This document shows positions 1 through 4,277 of a DNA stretch of 4,277 nucleotides, in pieces. How positions within the stretch are numbered: position 1 is the first letter of the stretch; every line of letters begins with the position of its first letter. The notes below the pieces were generated by a model that saw only the letters and a list, made by a program, of their open reading frames with translations, was not told where the DNA came from and ran no database searches. The stretch spans positions 1-4,277 of IMG/VR virus record IMGVR_UViG_2585427792_000010; one strand, written 5' to 3'. A program made the position numbers and the translations under genes. The stretch is from a virus (Duplodnaviria > Heunggongvirae > Uroviricota > Caudoviricetes).

Positions 1-25
1 ACCTCGGTTTACAGGAAACGGTAAA
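1..25. repeat. Left inverted repeat / crossover site of the invertible segment, truncated by the window edge
   Basis: Positions 1-25 (acctcggtttacaggaaacggtaaa) are the exact reverse complement of 3055-3079; the first mismatch is at position 26. Position 1-17 corresponds to the inner half-site plus centre of the 26-bp site at 3063-3088. Confidence 0.7.
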
Positions 26-962
26 TCAGGCTTCTGGCGCATTACAGAAAAACCAGAACGGCGCAGATATTCCGGGAAAAGATACCTTCACCAAAAATAT
101 TGGGGCCTGCCGCGCATATAGCGCATGGCTGAATATTGGTGGCGATAGTCAGGTCTGGACAACCGCGCAATTTATTTCGTGGCTGGAGAGTCAGGGAGCA
201 TTTAACCATCCTTACTGGATGTGCAAAGGCTCATGGACTTATGCAAATAATAAGGTCATTACAGATACAGGTTGCGGAAATATTTGTCTTGCAGGTGCTG
301 TGGTGGAAGTTATTGGCACTCGCGGCGCAATGACCATACGCGTTACCACGCCGAGCACGTCCAGCGGTGGCGGAATTACTAACGCTCAATTCACTTATAT
401 TAATCATGGTGATGCTTATGCTCCTGGCTGGCGACGAGACTACAACACGAAAAATCAACAACCTGCATTTGCTTTAGGGCAAACAGGAAGCACTGTCGGA
501 AATGATAAAGCTGTTGGCTGGAACTGGAATAGCGGGGTCTATAACGCAAACATTGGTGGCGCATCGACATTAATCCTCCACTTCAATATGAATACGGGGA
601 GCTGCCCTGCTGTACAGTTCCGCGTGAATTACAGGAACGGCGGTATTTTTTATCGTTCAGCGCGTGATGGTTATGGATTTGAGGCTGACTGGTCAGAGTT
701 TTACACCACGACCCGCAAACCCTCTGCGAGAGATGTTGGTGCATACACGCAGGCAGAATGTAACTCAAGGTTTATTACAGGTATTCGCCTTGGCGGTCTG
801 TCATCTGTTCAGACATGGAATGGCCCCGGCTGGTCTGACAGGTCAGGTTATGTCGTTACGGGTTCAGTTAACGGAAACCGTGATGAATTAATTGATACAA
901 CTCAGGCAAGGCCAATTCAGTATTGCATTAATGGGACGTGGTATAACGCGGGGAGTATTTAA
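3..962 (+). CDS. Start-less alternative tail-fibre C-terminal (receptor-binding) cassette (S'v / Hv'-like); silent in this orientation, expressed only after inversion fuses it to the constant part of the fibre gene
   Basis: My own translation shows the frame of track ORF 219..962 is open from position 3 with no stop. It begins LGLQETVN, identical to residues 391-398 of the minus-strand fibre. It ends ...RPIQYCINGTWYNAGSI, resembling the fibre C-terminus ...RPIQKYINGTWYNVAQV. No convincing SD precedes the Met at 219. Confidence 0.8.
   Translation, partial: LGLQETVNQASGALQKNQNGADIPGKDTFTKNIGACRAYSAWLNIGGDSQVWTTAQFISWLESQGAFNHPYWMCKGSWTYANNKVITDTGCGNICLAGAVVEVIGTRGAMTIRVTTPSTSSGGGITNAQFTYINHGDAYAPGWRRDYNTKNQQPAFALGQTGSTVGNDKAVGWNWNSGVYNANIGGASTLILHFNMNTGSCPAVQFRVNYRNGGIFYRSARDGYGFEADWSEFYTTTRKPSARDVGAYTQAECNSRFITGIRLGGLSSVQTWNGPGWSDRSGYVVTGSVNGNRDELIDTTQARPIQYCINGTWYNAGSI
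950..955 (+). promoter_or_regulatory. Shine-Dalgarno-like GGGGAG for the plus-strand chaperone gene, embedded in the last codons of the alternative fibre cassette
   Basis: GGGGAG at 950-955, 9 nt upstream of the ATG at 965 (12 nt from the ATG at 968). Confidence 0.4.
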
Positions 963-964
963 CG

Positions 965-1498
965 ATGATGCACTTAAAAAACATTACTGCTGGCAACCCT
1001 AAAACAAAAGAGCAATACCAGCTAACAAAGCAATTTAACATCAAATGGCTTTATTCAGATGATGGAAAAAACTGGTATGAGGAACAAAAGAATTTCCAGC
1101 CAGACACTTTGAAAATGGTCTATGACCATAACGGCGTTATTATTTGTATTGAAAAGGATGTTTCAGCAATTAATCCAGAAGGCGCAAGCGTCGTTGAATT
1201 ACCTGATATTACAGCAAATCGCCGGGCTGATATTTCGGGTAAATGGATGTTCAAAGATGGCGTAGTGATAAAGCGAACTTATACCGAGGAAGAACAGAGG
1301 CAGCAGGCAGAGAATGAAAAACAAAGCCTGTTGCAACTTGTCAGGGATAAAACCCAGCTATGGGACTCACAGCTACGGCTGGGCATCATTTCCGACGAGA
1401 ATAAACAAAAATTAACAGAGTGGATGCTCTTTGCGCAGAAAGTCGAATCGACAGACACTTCCAGCCTGCCAGTAACGTTTCCCGAACAACCAGAATGA
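965..1498 (+). CDS. Alternative tail fibre assembly chaperone (U'/Tfa'-like paralog), partner of the silent alternative fibre tip
   Basis: 177-aa [27 protein letters not shown].... Roughly 70% identical by eye to the minus-strand chaperone over the first ~110 aa, then a divergent C-terminal ~60 aa. Starts 2 nt after the stop of the upstream cassette (960-962). GGGGAG at 950-955 is a plausible SD. The homologous start may be the second ATG at 968. Confidence 0.87.
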   Translation: MMHLKNITAGNPKTKEQYQLTKQFNIKWLYSDDGKNWYEEQKNFQPDTLKMVYDHNGVIICIEKDVSAINPEGASVVELPDITANRRADISGKWMFKDGVVIKRTYTEEEQRQQAENEKQSLLQLVRDKTQLWDSQLRLGIISDENKQKLTEWMLFAQKVESTDTSSLPVTFPEQPE

Positions 1499-1501
1499 GA
1501 G

Positions 1502-1529
1502 AAGGCCCGCAATCGGGCCTTAATTTTTA
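1502..1529. terminator. Putative intrinsic terminator hairpin between the convergent chaperone genes
   Basis: Perfect 8-bp GC-rich stem (aaggcccg 1502-1509 and cgggcctt 1514-1521) with a 4-nt loop (caat), followed on the plus strand by aattttta. It lies in the 28-bp gap between the stops of the two convergent genes (1498 and 1527). The U-tract is weaker for the minus-strand transcript. Confidence 0.5.
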
Positions 1530-2054
1530 CTCTGGTTTTTGTGGCCATTCAGGCTTTGCCGTATCCACACGGCTGACCAGAACGCTGTAGCGTTCCCATG
1601 ACTCCAGTCGTGCGCGCTCCTCATCCGTCGCCATATTCAGCCTGACAGCGCGTTCCAGCGGCTGGATGACTGATTCAGCTTCGGAAAGCAATGCGGCCTT
1701 TTGTGATTCGGCTTGTTGTTGCTGTTCGTCTGCCGTATAAATCCGTTTAACTACAGCTCCATCCTTAAACATCCACTTTCCTGAATCATCAGCGCGGCGA
1801 TTGGCTGTAATATCGGGAACCTCAACGACGCTAAAACCTTCAGGGTTAAGCGTGGATGCATCTTTGGTGATGGCGACAATAATATTATTTTCATCGTAAA
1901 CAATCTTTATTGTATCTGGTTGAAAGTTTTTCACTTCCTCATACCAGTTTTTACCGTCTTCGGACCATAACCAGATAACATCAAAATTCTTTGTTAGCTG
2001 ATATTGTTCTTTCGTTTTAGGATTACCAGACTTAATATTTTTTAAATGCTGCAT
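1527..2054 (-). CDS. G: Tail fibre assembly chaperone (P2 gpG / Mu U / lambda Tfa family), partner of the currently expressed fibre tip
   Basis: 175-aa ORF starting [24 protein letters not shown]..., which I recall as matching P2 G. ATG at 2054-2052 lies 3 nt after the fibre stop (2058-2060). An AGGTG Shine-Dalgarno (2061-2065, minus strand) sits 6 nt upstream of the ATG, inside the 3' end of the fibre gene. Stop TAA at 1527-1529. Confidence 0.88.
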   Translation of the reverse strand: MQHLKNIKSGNPKTKEQYQLTKNFDVIWLWSEDGKNWYEEVKNFQPDTIKIVYDENNIIVAITKDASTLNPEGFSVVEVPDITANRRADDSGKWMFKDGAVVKRIYTADEQQQQAESQKAALLSEAESVIQPLERAVRLNMATDEERARLESWERYSVLVSRVDTAKPEWPQKPE

Positions 2055-2057
2055 AAT

Positions 2058-4277
2058 TTACACCTGTGCTACGTTATACCATGTGCCATTGATGTATTTT
2101 TGTATTGGTCTGAAGATGGCTTCATCATCGCCATCTACTTCACCAATGATTCTTAATCCGGTAATTGCGTGTCCGGCTTTTTCATAACGACCACCACGCG
2201 CCATCAATTGAACAACACGTGTGCCAAGTCGGACATCTCTCACATAGCGTGAGTCAAAATTGCCATAATTTCCGGGAATAATTTGCGCACCGCAAAGCCA
2301 GTTGCCATTGTTGTCCATGTACGCCTGACCATCGGTGCCATTGGCTGTCCTTGAATTATTAATCATGTAAAAACCAAACTGGTAGTTACCAAGTCCACCG
2401 ACAAAAAATTTGCGTTCTGCATGGTCTTGTCTTAACAAAGCCTGCGCAGAACTTGTTGATACTGCGTTTCTACCAAAAATGACATTCTGGTTTCGCATAT
2501 CAATCCATGAGGTTGAGCCACTATTAATAGCAAACCTGTTTGCATACACCCAGGCGTTAGTTGTTATATCTCCTGTAACATCCAGACCATGCCCCATAGT
2601 TATGCGGCCAGTTCTGAGATTAAGCGTAAAGGGACGTAGTGGCCCTATATCACCATTTTCCCCCTCATTCTCTCGTGTAGGGATGATATGCAGGCATTCT
2701 TCAGAACGGCGAAAAATGGCACCAAAAGATGAATTAAATATCCTCAGTGCATTGACTGTCGATATTTTTACTTCACTGCTGAAAAGGGCTTTAACAAGAA
2801 CAGACAAAGCACCCCATTTAAGATTCATCAGGTCTTTTGTTGTGGTGCTTTGTTTGCTTCTCCATTTGAAATATTCATTGCCGTTGTCGCCTGTTTCAAA
2901 CCACATGTATGAATCAGTGTCGCTGTCGGCATCATTTTTAAATCCAATCTTTGCCCAGTCAGTATTTCGAATCCAGGCAAGGATTGAGTCGTTTTCAAAA
3001 GTAAGCCCACCGGATAAGGTATCGCCTGTCTTTTGAACGGCGTTACCAGCCCTGTTTACCGTTTCCTGTAAACCGAGGTATTCGATAACGGCGGCAACGG
3101 TCGATTTCGCAAGAATATCCCGCCCGACTTTTGTCAGGGTTGCCAGGCTGGCGACATCATTCCCCGTAAAATACGGAAACCTGTCTGCCGCAGTAGCAAG
3201 CCCGGCCAGCGCCGTCAGGGTGGCATCTTTCGGTTGCTTACCCGCAAGCGCGTTAGTCATGGTGGTCGCAAAATTCGGGTCGTTGCCCAGCGCCGCCGCT
3301 AACTCGTTCAGCGTATTCAGTGCGTCAGGCGACGAGTCTACAAGGGCGGCAATCGCGGCCATCACATAAGCCGTACTTGCGATCTGAGTATTATTAGTAC
3401 CTTTTGGCGCAGTTGGCGTTGTTGGCGTTCCGGTCAGTGCAGGACTATTTAAGGGCGCTTTCTTGTTCGTTTCATCCATTACCGCCTTAACCGCTTTCGA
3501 TGTCGCGGCCAGTGTTTCAGACGTGCTGTTGGTGGCACTACTGAGCTGGACTATCCCTTTTTGTGCCGTCGTGGCGTCCTGAGCGGTATATTTTGCGTTA
3601 GCAAGGTCATACGCGGCCTTTACTGCTTTCGGCGTTGCAGCCTGCGTTTCAGACGTGCTGTTGGTGGCGCTACTGAGCTGGACAAGGCCTTTTCGCGTCG
3701 TGCTGGCATCCTGCGCAGTATATTTACCGTTAGCAAGATCATACGCGGCCTTTACTGCTTTCGGCGTTGCAGCCTGCGTTTCAGACACGCTGTTAGTGGC
3801 GCTACTGAGTTGAACAAAGCCTTTTGCGGTCAGCGAGGCGTCCGGGTGACGTCGTGACTGTTCATGCTCTTTCAGTTTGTCATCCACGTAATCCACTGTG
3901 GCCATCACCATGGTGTTATCCACGGTAAGCGCCACGGTGGCAGTGCTGGATACGGTCAGAATGGTGCGAAATGTTTGTGCACGACCGGACCCTTCGGCAA
4001 CGGCTGGCTTGTAACTTTCGGCAGTATTTCCCACCGCGATTAAATCGCCGTGCTCATCAAATACACCAATTTCCCGGATCCAGAATCCGCCCGTTTCAGG
4101 AGGAATAACCAGCTCCGCAATAATGCGGTTCTGATGTGTTGCGTCCAGGATGACGCGATTAACAGTATGTCGCCACACCTCATGCACCAGACGGGTCTGC
4201 TTACTGTTTGGTGTGGGCAACGTGCCGCCACCGTCGCCCACGGCCATATGAGTCAGGCGGACAGGCTTACCATCTGG
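2058..4277 (-). CDS. H: Phage tail fibre protein, P2 gpH-like; 5' end runs off the window. Constant N-terminal shaft about 3077-4277, currently joined variable receptor-binding C-terminus 2058-3076
   Basis: 729-aa ORF on the track (2058..4247). My translation of 4248-4277 in the same frame (PDGKPVRLTH) has no stop, so the Met at 4247 is internal. From memory, the N-terminal region (MAVGDGGG..., IAELVIPPE..GGFW, ESYKPA.AEGSGR) and the C-terminal end (GNFDSRYV.DVRLGTRVVQLMARGGRYEKAGH.ITGLRIIGEVDGDDEAIFRPIQKYINGTWYNVAQV) match P2 tail fibre H. Contains 44-aa tandem repeats with the QLSSATNSTSET.AATPKAVK motif typical of phage fibres. Stop TAA at 2058-2060. Confidence 0.9.
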   Translation of the reverse strand, partial: PDGKPVRLTHMAVGDGGGTLPTPNSKQTRLVHEVWRHTVNRVILDATHQNRIIAELVIPPETGGFWIREIGVFDEHGDLIAVGNTAESYKPAVAEGSGRAQTFRTILTVSSTATVALTVDNTMVMATVDYVDDKLKEHEQSRRHPDASLTAKGFVQLSSATNSVSETQAATPKAVKAAYDLANGKYTAQDASTTRKGLVQLSSATNSTSETQAATPKAVKAAYDLANAKYTAQDATTAQKGIVQLSSATNSTSETLAATSKAVKAVMDETNKKAPLNSPALTGTPTTPTAPKGTNNTQIASTAYVMAAIAALVDSSPDALNTLNELAAALGNDPNFATTMTNALAGKQPKDATLTALAGLATAADRFPYFTGNDVASLATLTKVGRDILAKSTVAAVIEYLGLQETVNRAGNAVQKTGDTLSGGLTFENDSILAWIRNTDWAKIGFKNDADSDTDSYMWFETGDNGNEYFKWRSKQSTTTKDLMNLKWGALSVLVKALFSSEVKISTVNALRIFNSSFGAIFRRSEECLHIIPTRENEGENGDIGPLRPFTLNLRTGRITMGHGLDVTGDITTNAWVYANRFAINSGSTSWIDMRNQNVIFGRNAVSTSSAQALLRQDHAERKFFVGGLGNYQFGFYMINNSRTANGTDGQAYMDNNGNWLCGAQIIPGNYGNFDSRYVRDVRLGTRVVQLMARGGRYEKAGHAITGLRIIGEVDGDDEAIFRPIQKYINGTWYNVAQV
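2061..2065 (-). promoter_or_regulatory. Shine-Dalgarno (AGGTG) for the minus-strand chaperone gene, embedded in the last codons of the fibre gene (translational coupling)
   Basis: The minus-strand sequence upstream of the ATG at 2054 reads agcacAGGTGtaaattATG, giving a 6-nt spacer. Confidence 0.5.
3055..3079. repeat. Right inverted repeat, inside the fibre coding sequence at the constant/variable junction
   Basis: Exact 25-bp reverse-complement match to window positions 1-25. Encodes LGLQETVN of the fibre protein. Confidence 0.7.
3063..3088. other. Candidate 26-bp serine-invertase crossover site (gix/cix/pix/hix-like): TTCCTGTAAACC-GA-GGTATTCGATAA
   Basis: Imperfect palindrome of two 12-bp half-sites (TTCCTGTAAACC, and TTATCGAATACC on the other strand) around a central GA dinucleotide. 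The left half and centre are the part duplicated at the window start. From memory it closely resembles the Mu gix site; this was not verified by alignment. Confidence 0.6.
3477..3845 (-). repeat. In-frame tandem repeat, 132-bp period (44 aa), about 2.7 copies, in the constant shaft of the fibre gene
   Basis: The motif gtttcagacgtgctgttggtggc recurs at 3514, 3646 and 3778 (with variants), a spacing of exactly 132 bp. The protein shows KGFVQLSSATNSVSETQAATPKAVKAAYDLANGKYTAQDASTTR, then KGLVQLSSATNSTSETQAATPKAVKAAYDLANAKYTAQDATTAQ, then KGIVQLSSATNSTSETLAATSKAVKAV.... Confidence 0.85.

Larger units (their letters stand above)
5..3075. other. Invertible DNA segment (about 3.07 kb) carrying two alternative fibre-tip cassettes and two chaperone genes in convergent orientation
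   Basis: Bounded by the inverted crossover sites. Gene order is Hv' (+), tfa' (+), tfa (-), Hv (-), mirroring the S'v-U' / U-Sv organisation of the Mu G and P1 C segments. Both cassettes are in frame with the repeat-encoded LGLQETVN. Confidence 0.7.

Noticed and set aside
219-219. Met219 as the start codon of an independent 247-aa protein
   Set aside because: The frame is open upstream to the window edge and continues into the inverted-repeat-encoded LGLQETVN, and there is no convincing SD before 219. It is better explained as an internal Met of a start-less cassette.
136-891. Short ORFs 136..333 (+), 231..461 (-), 583..768 (-) and 664..891 (+)
   Set aside because: All overlap the alternative fibre cassette in other frames or strands, and none has a supportable start context or recognisable product.
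1279-1548. 89-aa minus-strand ORF
   Set aside because: It is antisense to the plus-strand chaperone gene and crosses the terminator hairpin, so it is spurious.
2828-3010. 60-aa minus-strand ORF
   Set aside because: It sits in an alternative frame inside the tail-fibre gene and is spurious.
2410-3036. 208-aa plus-strand ORF
   Set aside because: It lies entirely antisense to the well-supported tail-fibre gene, and its translation is low-complexity with no recognisable domain. Long antisense ORFs are expected opposite GC-rich coding sequence.
3477-3845. Diversity-generating retroelement (template/variable repeat) or CRISPR-like array as an explanation for the repeats
   Set aside because: The copies are directly adjacent and in frame, with no spacers. 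The differences between copies are not restricted to adenine positions, and no reverse transcriptase ORF is present. It is an ordinary coding tandem repeat.
3561-3857. 98-aa plus-strand ORF with an internal repeat (CVSKVIRGLYCFRRCSLRFR twice)
   Set aside because: This is an artefact of reading the 132-bp tandem repeat of the fibre gene on the opposite strand.
4040-4231. 63-aa minus-strand ORF
   Set aside because: It sits in an alternative frame inside the tail-fibre gene and is spurious.
4245-4247. Met at 4247 as the true start of the tail-fibre gene
   Set aside because: The frame stays open for the remaining 10 codons up to the window edge, and I recall P2 H as having additional N-terminal residues before MAVGDGGG. 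The gene is 5'-truncated by the window.
1-4277. A complete invertase (gin/cin/pin-like) gene within the window
   Set aside because: No ORF in the six-frame track resembles a serine recombinase. The expected location is beyond the left edge of the window, so it is predicted but not annotated.

Overview
This window is a phage tail-fibre module of the P2 type that carries a Mu G / P1 C / e14 P-style invertible host-range switch. On the minus strand, a tail-fibre gene (P2 gpH-like, 5' end off the window) is followed by a translationally coupled tail-fibre assembly chaperone (P2 gpG / Mu U / Tfa family). On the plus strand sits a second chaperone paralog and, upstream of it, a start-less alternative tail-fibre C-terminal cassette whose frame is open from the first bases of the window. 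The first 25 bp of the window are an exact inverted copy of 3055-3079, which lies inside the fibre gene; both copies encode LGLQETVN in frame. The right copy sits inside a 26-bp imperfect palindrome (3063-3088) that I recall as resembling Hin/Gin/Cin/Pin-family crossover sites. Inversion of about 5..3075 would therefore fuse the constant N-terminal shaft to the alternative receptor-binding tip and place the other chaperone downstream. The invertase gene is not in the window and is predicted just beyond position 1. Other features are a hairpin terminator between the convergent chaperone genes and a 132-bp in-frame tandem repeat in the fibre shaft. The system belongs to a known class rather than a new one; all homology statements are from memory of P2, Mu and P1 proteins, as no search could be run.
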